Shown: positions 44,243 through 54,479 of the stretch, one piece after another
How positions within the stretch are numbered: position 1 is the first letter of the stretch
Layout of the letters: each line of letters starts with the position of its first letter
NCBI GenBank assembly: GCA_963816395.1
Contig: CAWFKQ010000005.1
Location: 128,001-192,000 of the forward strand
Length of the DNA: 64,000 nucleotides
Direction of reading: 5' to 3'
Source: an uncultured delta proteobacterium
GTDB taxonomy: Bacteria; Desulfobacterota; Desulfuromonadia; Desulfuromonadales; JACZKF01
Made by a program: the position numbers and the translations under genes
The notes under the pieces: generated by a model
The model's database searches: none
What the model saw: the letters and a program-made list of their open reading frames with translations, nothing else
What the model was told of the DNA's origin: nothing

Positions 44243-44393
44243 GGTGGTCCAATTCAACACAACAGTACTCCCGCGTGTCGACTAAGTGTATAATTATTAA
44301 ATTCCTTTAGCGCCCTATCGTGCTAAGGCATTCCCCTGCCTGAAATAAATGGTTGTCTTGGTATGGGAATGAAAAGGATCTGGAGAAAATCAA

Positions 44394-45826
44394 ATGAAAA
44401 GCAATTTCTTTTCCCTTATGTTTGCAGTCATTAGTGTATTGGCCGTAACCAATTACGGATGGGCGGCACCGTCTGTCAACTCGGCCGATGGAACCTTCAG
44501 CCAAGGGCAGTCCATTAATATTTCTGGTTCAGGCTTCGGTACAAAGCCAACTGCTGCACCTGTACTATGGGATACAGTAGATAATATTCCTTCTTATTCA
44601 GGGCTTTCCGATGGCAATTCGATTCCTGTGGGAGGTTCAAATCCATGGCCAAGCCCTTATGGAAATTCAAGCGGAAAAAACTATGTCAAATATAATACAA
44701 ACGATGGACAACGCGGTGTAAGTAGTGCGCAATACAAAGCAACAAATCAAACAACTGCATACCTTGACGGTCTGACTTGGCCCGCAACAGGTTACACTTA
44801 TGTTTCCTGGTGGTGGAAGACAGACACCAACGTCGGAGGCGGTGACCATTCTTCAAAGTTTTTGAGGATGTCGGATGCTTCAGACGAGGTAAATAGAACC
44901 TTTTCTTGGACGCAAAGACAAGATTACGTATATGATACTTCTTCTTCGTGTGATTTTGTCAACCAATATGGAGTTGATTTTCAGAATTATTGCTCAGATT
45001 TCAGCTACACATATTCGCAACCAGTGAATACCTGGGTATTTTTTGAGGCTTGGTTCAATAGCAAAAATCAAACGTACACACTTAGGATGAATGGATCAAA
45101 AATAAGAACTACTTCCTACTCACCAGGAACGACATCTTTTAACGAACTATGGAAAATTGGCTTTGATGGTGGTGGAAATTCCCCTCCAAGTATTACCTGG
45201 TGGATGGATGATATCTATGTTGACAATTCATTTTCTCGAGTAATGCTGGGTAATGCACCAACTTATGATTCCTCTACCCACTTTGAAATGCAACCGCTCT
45301 CTTCGTGGTCAGAAGGAAGCATTACAGCGAAATTCAACCAAGGATCCTTTGCTAATGGTGCAACCGCATATATCTACATTATAGATGCCAGTGGTGCGGT
45401 GAATTCTAACGGTTATCCCATTACAATCGGCGGCGGAAGCGGTCCGGCTCCGACCCCGACCCGGTTCCGACCCCGATTCTTGTCGACAATCCGCCATCGA
45501 TCGGGATCATCTCTCCCGACCCGGCTAGTGCCTCCTCTACCAACGGGCAAATAGACATTAAGGGCAATGCATCGGACGATGTGGGAATTTCCAGCATTTC
45601 CTGGACGAACAATAACGGCGATAGCGGTTCCGCAGCCAATCCTTCAGGCGATTGGTCCTCTTGGGGCATTGACAACCTCAACCTTCAGGCTGGCAGCAGC
45701 CTTATTACGGTTACGGCAACAGATACTAGCGGTCAAACATCGTCCGCGACCATCACCATTACAAACACGCAAACCAGCGGCACCCTCCCCCCCCCTCCGC
45801 CGGCAGGATTGCATATTGTAAATTGA
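44394..45826 (+). CDS. secreted beta-rich protein (IPT-like N-terminus, jelly-roll-like core, C-terminal Ig-like domain); frameshift near 45460
   Basis: Signal peptide; GQSINISGSGFGTK; Trp/Tyr-rich core (WVFFEAW, WWMDDIYVD); shifted frame DNPPSIGIISP..GNASDDVGISSISW..ITVTATD; ends PPPPPAGLHIVN. Confidence 0.7.
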
Positions 45827-45881
45827 TGATTCTTTTTTCCAAGAAAACACAAGGGAGCTATTGAGCTTCCAAGCACGGTTC

Positions 45882-45918
45882 ATACAAAATCCCCGCTGAA
45901 AGGCGGGGATTTTTGTAT
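45882..45918. terminator. bidirectional intrinsic terminator
   Basis: ATACAAAATCCCCGC-tgaaag-GCGGGGATTTTTGTAT between convergent genes. Confidence 0.8.
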
Positions 45919-46730
45919 CATAAGGATTGTGGAGTTTTGCCCTGATTACCTGTGGGCGAAGCTTTCCCCTTATTGGCGACCGCTACCAACATGTGGCCAT
46001 ATCCAAGCAAGGCCGCAAGCGTACCGAAGAAGTTAGCCAGCACGTTCTGTAATCGGCTACCGAAGAATGGAATCCACAGAATTTTATAATATCCTACACC
46101 CTTAATAACGGATTCAGGGAATAGTGTAAGAAGTTCATCTCGTGTAAATCGAAAAATATAATCAACTCCGGCCTGGCCGGGCTTACCTTCCTTTACCCAC
46201 CCAGCCCTTCGTTTGCTTTTGGAATAATGGTGAACCGAAACACTTAAAATGCCTTCCTCCTTCGTGACCCGCGCAAGTTCAGCAACGGTTCGCTCCTGCG
46301 GTCCACCTGGTCTGAGATGCTGCAGGGCATTAGCACAGACACAACAATCAAAGACAGAGTTCTTGAAGGGGAGTGAATTCAAGTCGGCTTGAATAACGAT
46401 CACGTTGGAAAGGCTTTTCTCCTTCAGAACTTTTAGGCTATCTCTAGATAAATCCACAGCTACGACTGTATTGCAGCGGGCGCTAAGTGTTATTGTCGGC
46501 AGTCCTGTACCACACCCTGCATCAAGACATAACCCGGTGCCAGTTGGAATTTGCCGTACCGATTGCCGAATGCAGGAGGAATAAACTGGATCGGTCTGTC
46601 GTAGGCTGTCGTATGAAGAAGATGCTTTATCCCAGGCAGCGGCAAAGGAAAAGCGCATCCATTTTCCACGAGGATTGCTGCCTGAGAACTGCCGCAAACT
46701 AATTATGGATTTCCGGATCGGCAAGGACAA
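45918..46730 (-). CDS. class I SAM-dependent methyltransferase (start uncertain)
   Basis: LDAGCGTG, VDLS, LPFKNSVFD, ALQHL. Confidence 0.85.
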   Translation of the reverse strand: MSLPIRKSIISLRQFSGSNPRGKWMRFSFAAAWDKASSSYDSLRQTDPVYSSCIRQSVRQIPTGTGLCLDAGCGTGLPTITLSARCNTVVAVDLSRDSLKVLKEKSLSNVIVIQADLNSLPFKNSVFDCCVCANALQHLRPGGPQERTVAELARVTKEEGILSVSVHHYSKSKRRAGWVKEGKPGQAGVDYIFRFTRDELLTLFPESVIKGVGYYKILWIPFFGSRLQNVLANFFGTLAALLGYGHMLVAVANKGKASPTGNQGKTPQSL

Positions 46731-46921
46731 TTTCCTCCCTGCCCTCTCTCCTCGAAACCTTGTATCTCCAAATCCGCAGAAGTCAAACTGCGCTGCGCTG
46801 ACATATAATTGGAAGATTGGCCATGGAATTTAATGAAAATGACGGCTGTCGATTTTCTTTACTGTCGTAATCTAAAAAATTTACGTTAGCGTAAGGACTT
46901 ATATTTCAAGTCTTTGCATAT

Positions 46922-46937
46922 TGGTCTATTTTTTGCT
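46922..46937 (+). promoter_or_regulatory. sigma54 promoter candidate for the PEP-CTERM gene
   Basis: TGGTCT-ATTTT-TTGCT with GG-N10-GC spacing; GTAA-N10-TTAC dyad at 46867-46884 upstream. Confidence 0.5.
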
Positions 46938-47019
46938 AAGCCCAAAGGGGATGGGGGGTTTTGTTCCATCACAATGAGTACTTATCTCTCCAGCGATCCA
47001 ATCAAACAAAGGGGGGCGA

Positions 47020-47702
47020 GTGAAATCAAAAATCTTCTTAATCGTCTGCATGATATTATCTCTTGTTCTCCCAGAAGCAGCCATTTCAGCGCCTATTTAC
47101 ATCACGGCGATGGGGCATGTTGATGTTATTAATTCCGATTCTGCAGGTATCATTGCTGATCACGGATATGAGATGGGACTCCAGTCAGCTTTAGTTTCGC
47201 CATTGATTTCCAAAGACCAGGTACCTTTACTACCAATAGTGGAAGCATTATTGATTATGTAAACCCGGATGGCAATCCAGACTTCTATACAAGATTTATA
47301 TCAGGTGATATTCTCAATGAAAAGGAAGGCGGCATTTTCAATGGAGAAAATGACATTCTTGAATACGATTATGGTACTAGAGGTAATATTGGTGATTTAG
47401 AGACACTAAATAGAGACTGGTTTGAAGGCTGGCTGGCACTAGGCTCTCAAGACTCTTATTTGGCGATTATGGACATACTTCCGTCGCCAGAGGAATGGCA
47501 TACAGGCGGGTCATTCGGGTTCTATTCAACAGGAGCTTATGATTCGATTTGTAACTATTCCTCATTTTCTGGATTACTGATAATAGAGGACATCCATACC
47601 ACATCCCCTGTACCAGAACCATCGACTTGGATTCTTTTTTTCATCAGTTTCCTCGTCTTTGGTAGACGTAATAAGTTTTTCTATTACAGAAATATTTCTT
47701 AG
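47020..47702 (+). CDS. PEP-CTERM sorting-domain protein, frameshifted
   Basis: N-terminal signal peptide (ORF 47020-47262); C-terminal PVPEPSTWILFFISFLVFGRRNK (ORF 47460-47702). Confidence 0.85.
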
Positions 47703-47709
47703 ATTAAAA

Positions 47710-49058
47710 TTATTCTGTGGCGACATAAGAAACCACAAACCTTCTTTTGTTGGAGGATTCCAGTGGTATCTCTGAACCAACTCCATTTCAATCGCCAGAT
47801 CCGGATCCCCTTTTTTTAGAATCTCGCTTTTTATTTTCTCCCAGTGTTCTGGGAGATAATTTGCCCGAGGCACGATCTCGACGCCGATGGCACCAGGTTG
47901 CCTCTGGGTGATCTTGAAAGTATCAATGGAAGGGTAGTATTCGAAAATCCCGGTAAAGAAGTGGACGATTAGCCGATTACCTCGCGGGGTAATGATTACG
48001 TCGGTATCCCTTCCTTCTATGGCCTCCATCGTCTCGAAGCCGCGGCCACACGGACAAGGGATCGCCGGTGCCATTCGGCCCATGTCTCCTACCCTATACC
48101 GGATGAGGGGCATAGCCCCGGCGTCCAAACGCGTTAGAAGAATATTGCCCGGCATGCCGGCGGGAACGGCCTTTCCAGCCTCATCGACTACCTCCACAAT
48201 AACGTGCGGCATAAAAACATGATAAGCTTTCTCTTCACATTGCGCCGCGACTTGAATACCTTCGCCACAGCCATAAGTATCGGTAACGCGGCACCCAAAA
48301 GCCTTCTCCATTTCTTCCCGGTAATGCCGATAAAGATTATCTCCCCAGCAGACGATGCCATCTAATCGATGGTTAAAGCCCAGCCGGCGTGCCCTCTGGG
48401 CCAAAAAATAGACACTTCCAGGATAGCCCATGACATATTTCAGACCGCGTTCTTCGATGATGGAAAGATAGCGGTCCAGAACAGAATCCGAGAGATCAAA
48501 GGCGGAAACATACTGCACCCCCAGCAGATGGTCTTTCACCCTTTTCACCAGTCCACGGCTCAAGGACATCCCGGTTTGAAGCATGGGATCGCCGATTTCC
48601 CATCCGGAGAAATTCGCCCTTAAAAGCATCAGCGCTCTGGCATCACTCAGGGTGCGTGAATCCACTCTTACGGCGAAGGGACGCCCTGATGAACCGCTGG
48701 TAAAGGACTCCCGAGCAGGATAAGGTGTTTTTCGCACGCAACGATCTGGATAACCTTCCCGCAGATCATCCTTGGATATGGGAGGAAAATGAACCAAGTC
48801 CCCCCGCTTTGAAATATCCCCGACTCGAATCCCATGCCGGTCGAAACATTCACGGTAGAGGGGAACCTGATTGTAAGCGGTCAACAATGTTTCCTGAAGA
48901 CGCTTCTCCTGCTCTTCCAGCAGTCGGTCCAAGGACCACCACTGAGCATCCCGAAAATACCGGTAAGATTCCATCACCTTCTGCCGGGACAGCCTGTCGC
49001 CGACCGGGAGAATAAACTTTTCCAGCAGCACTGATTTCCTGGAAAACGCTCTGTTCAT
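47710..49058 (-). CDS. phenylacetate-CoA ligase/CapK-like adenylate-forming enzyme
   Basis: TSGSSGRP, DTYGCGE, MPLIRYRVGD, CPCGRG, EGR; true C-terminus EIPLESSNKRRFVVS in a shifted frame ending at 47710. Confidence 0.85.
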
Positions 49059-49062
49059 ATTT

Positions 49063-50151
49063 TCATCTGTCCTTCAGCAGGCGGACACGGATGCCGTGGG
49101 CCAGGATCTGCCAAAGAATGGCGATCTTGTATCTAAAGAGGTTTTGCAGCAGAAAGCCCATAGTCAGCCATTGATTTTTCCGAAGTGCCTTACGCGCGAA
49201 AAGCTCGTAGCCGGAATCTGGCAGCTTCCTCTGCAAACGCAAGCGATTTTCCGTTTGTTCCGCCAGGAACCTCTGGCTTTCAATCCTATCAAGGTAGCGG
49301 GGGAAAAAATCCTTCTCGATCACCGCAGGGAAAAAAGATTGGCCGCGAATCCGGCCCCCTTCCGCTTCCACCAGCAGACACCCCGTTTGAAGCGTCACGG
49401 GATTCCAACTCATGTCGCCGATGAAGTTTCCCAAGCTATAAGCGATTACCCCTTCCCGGCAGGTTTCGATCTCACGGAGAACGTGAGGATGATGTCCGAC
49501 CACAACTGCCGCACCCGCCTCCAGCATCGCGCGGGCAAGATCCTTCTCTTCCTCGCTGGGTATGACAATGAACTCCTCCCCCCAGTGGATTGAAACGCAC
49601 ACGAGGTCGGCATGCCGTCTAGCCTCTCGAATGCGCCCGAGAAAATGATTTCCATCAAACTCATTGTAACCGGGCTGGGCCGAGAAACCCTGTCGCGGGC
49701 GCGCGGAGCACCCCAGAAAGGCAACTATTTTCCCTTTGATCCGCAGAAAATCAGCCGGCTCGAAATCGTCGGGGATCCCCACGACTTTAATTCCGGCCGC
49801 CTGCAGAGATCTGACCGTTGTCCAGAAGGCTTCTCTCTCATGCTCCCACGCATGATTGTTGGCGACATTGAGGACCGTCAGTCCGGCCTGCTTGAGAAAT
49901 GGGATGTAATTGATTACTCCAAGGCAGCAGGTTTCATTACCCGGGTGGTCCGAATCGGATGCCAGGGCAAATTCGAGGTTGCCGAAAAACAGATCCGGAC
50001 GGATGGTCGGCGGCAGTAATCGGCTGCCGAGGTTCCCTGGAATTTCCTTGCGATATCGGGAGTAGAATCCAAAACCAGGAGCCTTGGGGTGGTTTCCCAG
50101 GGCGATATCCCCGACAAACGCCAGCTGCAGAGCGGTATCCTTATCTCGCAT
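49063..50151 (-). CDS. CapA/PgsA family metallophosphatase-fold protein
   Basis: FVGDI, GNLE, VANNH, IHWGEE, VGHHPHV, YSLGNF. Confidence 0.88.
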   Translation of the reverse strand: MRDKDTALQLAFVGDIALGNHPKAPGFGFYSRYRKEIPGNLGSRLLPPTIRPDLFFGNLEFALASDSDHPGNETCCLGVINYIPFLKQAGLTVLNVANNHAWEHEREAFWTTVRSLQAAGIKVVGIPDDFEPADFLRIKGKIVAFLGCSARPRQGFSAQPGYNEFDGNHFLGRIREARRHADLVCVSIHWGEEFIVIPSEEEKDLARAMLEAGAAVVVGHHPHVLREIETCREGVIAYSLGNFIGDMSWNPVTLQTGCLLVEAEGGRIRGQSFFPAVIEKDFFPRYLDRIESQRFLAEQTENRLRLQRKLPDSGYELFARKALRKNQWLTMGFLLQNLFRYKIAILWQILAHGIRVRLLKDR

Positions 50152-50154
50152 GGA

Positions 50155-51129
50155 TCAGAGGTTCTCCAGGATTCGTCCCAAGTTAGAAATTCTTTCACGC
50201 ATTTCCGCCCGAGCCAGGGAAACCCACTGGCCGCATTCCGTGGCCAGCCTTGAACGATCGGCGTAAGCGCACCTGACAGCGGAAGCGATCGCCGTCGCTT
50301 GATTCTCGGTGAAAACCGTGCCGCCGGTGAAAAACTCCAGCAGGGCTTTTTTCTTCGACAGAACGAGTGGCTTGCCGGCTTCGAGCGCCTCGTAGGCGCC
50401 ACAGACCAGGCAATTTTCATTGTCGGTCAGATCGATGACAACCTGTGAGGTGAAAAGATGATGGTAAAACTCGGCTTCCGGAACGAATCCGAGGAGCTTC
50501 ACGTGGGCAAAATCGGCGGGCGAAATGCCTCCCTTTCGGTAATTTCCGGAAACATAAAAGCGGAATCCCTCGGGTGCGAGCATCTCGGCAGCCCGGAATA
50601 CTTCCGTATAGGGTTCGTCCACGTCAAAAGAGCAGATGAAAAATACCTTCCGTGCAACATCCGCCCCTTGGAAGCGATACCTGGAGAGATCAGGAAGCGG
50701 GTCCGAACACACGAATTCCCTTCCTCCCAGGCGGCGAATACGCTCTGCATGATTCTTATTTGTGACGATCACCAAATCTGCTGATCGATTGCAGTGGTCC
50801 AGGACCCTCTGAAAAGTATTACTGCCATTGTAAGCCTCGATCCCGCCATAATGAGCATCGATTGCCACTCGGAAACCAAGAAAATGCCGAATCTTGAGCA
50901 AGAAGAATGTAAGTACCACTGAAGGATTTTGGCAGATGACAATGGCCGGCCTCTCCCTGAGTAGAAGGACCACTGTCCTGCTGATACATGCCATATAGCG
51001 AATTATTCGGCCATGACTGGAGAAAACCTCGCATAAAGGGGCGCCAAGAGCACTTGACATCGACCGGTTGCGGAGCTGTTTCTCCCAGGTAATCCAGAGC
51101 ATTTTCGATCTGGAGGGGGCAGCACTCAT
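50155..51129 (-). CDS. GT-B glycosyltransferase (GT4-like)
   Basis: WITWEKQLRN, ICQNPS, IDAH, CSFDVDEP, CGAYEALEAGKPLV. Confidence 0.7.
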   Translation of the reverse strand: MSAAPSRSKMLWITWEKQLRNRSMSSALGAPLCEVFSSHGRIIRYMACISRTVVLLLRERPAIVICQNPSVVLTFFLLKIRHFLGFRVAIDAHYGGIEAYNGSNTFQRVLDHCNRSADLVIVTNKNHAERIRRLGGREFVCSDPLPDLSRYRFQGADVARKVFFICSFDVDEPYTEVFRAAEMLAPEGFRFYVSGNYRKGGISPADFAHVKLLGFVPEAEFYHHLFTSQVVIDLTDNENCLVCGAYEALEAGKPLVLSKKKALLEFFTGGTVFTENQATAIASAVRCAYADRSRLATECGQWVSLARAEMRERISNLGRILENL

Positions 51130-51137
51130 GGCGTTCC

Positions 51138-52970
51138 TTACCCCTTCAGGAAAATATCTTTCCACATTAGATAGTTGAGAAGAGGCCAAAGAAGATCCTG
51201 GTGATCTGCCAAGCCTTCGCGGTGCTCGAGGATTATGCGCTCCAGTTTATGCGGGTTGATCCCGAGGAGAGAGTGACGCGCATCCAGGATATGGTCCAGT
51301 CCCTTCTCCAGGGAACCATTCGCCCGCATCCAAGCCCCGACCGGCACCCCAAAACCAACTTTCCGTTTGTAAACAATTTTCTTAGGCAGATCACGAGAGC
51401 CCGCGAGCTTGAACAGGTATTTCGGTTGCAGGTTTCGGATCTTCTCAGATGCTGGAATGCTGAAAGCCAGGTCTACCATGGCGTTATCCAGAATCGGCAC
51501 CCGCGCCTCCACAGAAGCTCCCATGCTCATTTTGTCCTGGCGAAGGAGAATCGGCTGCAGGTAGGTCTCAAATTCATACACCAGCAAATTGTCGAGAAGC
51601 GACCGTGAGTCCCGCCAGCAGTCGTCCAATAGAGTTCGTCGTTCCCTGAGGTCGAGCTCATTTCGGTCCGACAACCAAGCCACCTTTTCAGAGATGGCAA
51701 ATACCGGATTCCAGAAAACCAGGTCATTTTTGCTCATCCCCAGAAAATTCCCTGGTTTTTTCCCCCTTTCGCGGGAAACCCAGTCCAGACCCAAACGGAA
51801 AAACGGCCTTAGGATGGCGGGCAGACGTCCATAGGTTTCTCCAAGCCGGCAGAGATAATAGCGCGGATACCCTCCGAACAATTCGTCCGCTCCCTCACCG
51901 GTGAGAAGGGCCTTAACATGATGTTGTGCATACCGGCATAAATGGTGAATTTCCACCGAATTGGCATGCGTAAGCGGCTCATCGTTGTGCCAGATAACTC
52001 GGGGCAACGATGCACAGAATACAGCAGGATTAGAGGCTACCTCGTGGTATTCCAGGTTCGCGCTGGCTGCAACTTCCTTCGCTTCTGGAGTTTCATCAAA
52101 TCCTTGCTCCGAAAACCCGACCGAAAACGACTTCATCCCGGGGGCTTCACGCGAGGCGAGGACGCTGACCCAACTGGAGTCCACTCCGCCGCTGAGTTGG
52201 GTTCCGAGGGGGACATCGGCCATCAACTGCCGCTGAACAGAAGCATGAAGGGTTTCTTGAATCAAGGGCACCGTCTCACGCCAGTGGACGTGGGAAGCCT
52301 GAGGAGAGGGCTTCCAGAACCGTTCCGACTTCGTGCCGGCCGGGTTAACTTCCATGATCATTCCGGGACCAAGAAGATTTATCCCGGCAAAGAAGGTGCG
52401 GGTGCCAGCTAATGAACGAAAACAGAGATATTCATCAAGAACCCCCTGGTTTTCAACTGAATCAACCTCCGCAGCCTGTAGAATGGCCTTAATTTCGGAA
52501 GCAAAGATCAATACGCCCTCCCGGCGAGCGAAATAGAGGGGTTTGATCCCGACGCGGTCGCGGCATAGGAAAAGCCTCTCCTGGCGACGGTCGTATAGGC
52601 AGAAAGCGAACATCCCATTCAAACGATGAACAAAGTTTTGGCCGAACTCCTCGTAAAGATGCACAATGACTTCGCAGTCGCTGCCCGTTCGGAATTGATG
52701 CCCCTTTGACTTCAAAAAATTTTTCAGTTCTTTGTAGTTGTAAATTTCTCCGTTGGCGATTAGGATAATTTCCCCTCCCTCACTAAAAAGAGGCTGATCT
52801 CCAGAAAATGTGTCGATTATACTTAAGCGTCGGAATCCAAACAATACTCTACCGTCGCTGAATCGCCCTTCTGAATCAGGTCCACGGTGAACGATTGACT
52901 GCAATATAGAGCCAATATCATCATAAAAAATGTTTTTATTGAAATAAAATTTACCTGCAATTCCGCACAC
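51138..52970 (-). CDS. asnB: asparagine synthase (glutamine-hydrolysing)-like amidotransferase
   Basis: MCGIAG, HRGPD, RRLSIID, NGEIYN, LSGGVDSS, GEGADELFGGY, DKMSM..EARVP. Confidence 0.92.
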   Translation of the reverse strand: MCGIAGKFYFNKNIFYDDIGSILQSIVHRGPDSEGRFSDGRVLFGFRRLSIIDTFSGDQPLFSEGGEIILIANGEIYNYKELKNFLKSKGHQFRTGSDCEVIVHLYEEFGQNFVHRLNGMFAFCLYDRRQERLFLCRDRVGIKPLYFARREGVLIFASEIKAILQAAEVDSVENQGVLDEYLCFRSLAGTRTFFAGINLLGPGMIMEVNPAGTKSERFWKPSPQASHVHWRETVPLIQETLHASVQRQLMADVPLGTQLSGGVDSSWVSVLASREAPGMKSFSVGFSEQGFDETPEAKEVAASANLEYHEVASNPAVFCASLPRVIWHNDEPLTHANSVEIHHLCRYAQHHVKALLTGEGADELFGGYPRYYLCRLGETYGRLPAILRPFFRLGLDWVSRERGKKPGNFLGMSKNDLVFWNPVFAISEKVAWLSDRNELDLRERRTLLDDCWRDSRSLLDNLLVYEFETYLQPILLRQDKMSMGASVEARVPILDNAMVDLAFSIPASEKIRNLQPKYLFKLAGSRDLPKKIVYKRKVGFGVPVGAWMRANGSLEKGLDHILDARHSLLGINPHKLERIILEHREGLADHQDLLWPLLNYLMWKDIFLKG

Positions 52971-53039
52971 TCAAATTACCTCTTATATTGTGAATAAGTT
53001 TTTAAAAGCTGTAAGATGTTTATTTAAAATACTCGTGAT

Positions 53040-54415
53040 TTAAATTTCCGAAATAATATTTCTACCTCCGTTGTACGAATTAAGGAACTTTCGAGTCTTT
53101 ATAGAGGCAGCTTTGTTCATATTGAAAAGAGCTATAATTAGTCCGAGCCCAAACCACCAATAAATCTCGTAAAGATCGTGCCCGAAAAGACCAATGGTGA
53201 GCCGGACCACAAGAAAAAGGAGGACGGCCTGCGCGGTGGCAGCCAGAAGGTTCACGCCAGCTACATGTTTTTCCAGAAGCTTCCGCGCTTCTCCCTCGAC
53301 TTGCGGCAATGTCAGCACTTCTTGAACCGCTTTAGCCTGGCTGCGTAAATCGCCGATCAACTCCTTTAGCATGCGAATGGCCTTGCCCAGCAGGAGCAGA
53401 AAGATGATCAATCCTTGTACTCCGAGATTGGTTGCGACCTGCATGTACAGATTGTGGGTGTCCTGGTTGCGACCGAATGTTTCCATCCGTACCTGCGGAA
53501 AAGCACCTACGCCAACTCCGAAAGGATGTTCCTCGAAAACCTGAATGCTGTCTTTGAGGATCTGGATACGCGCCTCCTCCGAGGCCCCTTCTTTTTCCTT
53601 TAGGGTGAAGATCGAATCGAAACGCTCGTAATAGCTATTGGGGATGAGTGGCATGAAAAAAAGGCAAAGGGTTCCGCCACCAGAAAATAGCGCTTTTTGT
53701 TCGGACTGCGAAAAAATGCGTAAAGTGCCAGAATGGCAAAACCTACGTAGCCGGTACGAGAACCGGTAAATATGATGATATTGAGAGAAAGGAGAAAAAG
53801 AATGAACAGGAAGATCGAACCGGCGATTGGCGATCGGCCAAAGAGCGAGTATAAAGGGGACCGTTCCGAGGGCCATTCCCGAGAAAGAATTTGGGTGCTC
53901 ATACAAAGCGGTGGTGCCATGAAGCCGCATAATGCCTTGATTCTCCCAAACCATGCTGCCGGTCAGTCTTCCGATAAATCCCTCTTGCCCCATTTTCATG
54001 CAGGCAAGAAGAAAGGCTGCCAGAAAGAGGGTCAAGAGCGCGTGGATTACGAACGAAAAGGACGATAAAGATTCCCATGAAAGAGAATTTCACCACACGA
54101 TCCAGAAAAATATTCCACGATATCACCGGGTCATAAGAAAAAGGGATTTGAATGATCAAGGCGATAAAGAAAAGAGCAATGTATCCCATACAGAGGGCAA
54201 GCCAAATTCCGCTTATCGGTGGCAAGGATGGCAACCATAGAGAGGAAGGCGGCAAATATAAACTCGAAACGGATCTCTCCCAGGAAAGTCCACCGGTTGC
54301 CGATCTGCAGATACCAGATGATGACATAGATGCAGAATAAAAGCAGGGCGGCCCGGTTGACCCGTGGATAATCGATTTCTTTTCCCGGCAATCTCGCGTA
54401 TTCCATCGTCTTCAT
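53040..54415 (-). CDS. O-antigen ligase/polymerase family membrane protein, several frameshifts
   Basis: Multiple hydrophobic segments; HPNS, TGSRTG, HPFGVGVGAF, THNLYMQVATNLG. Confidence 0.75.
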
Positions 54416-54479
54416 CCCTTGTTTATTGCCATCGCTTCCGGGCGGATTTTCCGGATAAACTTAACACCTGCCAGCGAAA

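Noticed and set aside
47574..47710. Convergent overlap between the ligase ORF and the PEP-CTERM tail
   Set aside because: The family-typical ligase C-terminus (IP..SNKRRFVVS) is in a shifted frame that stops at 47710, which removes the overlap.
42780..47710. Prophage or IS-borne island
   Set aside because: No integrase, transposase, phage genes, tRNA or flanking direct repeats were seen.
49063..50151. Poly-gamma-glutamate capsule locus
   Set aside because: Only a CapA-domain gene is present; no capB/capC in the window.
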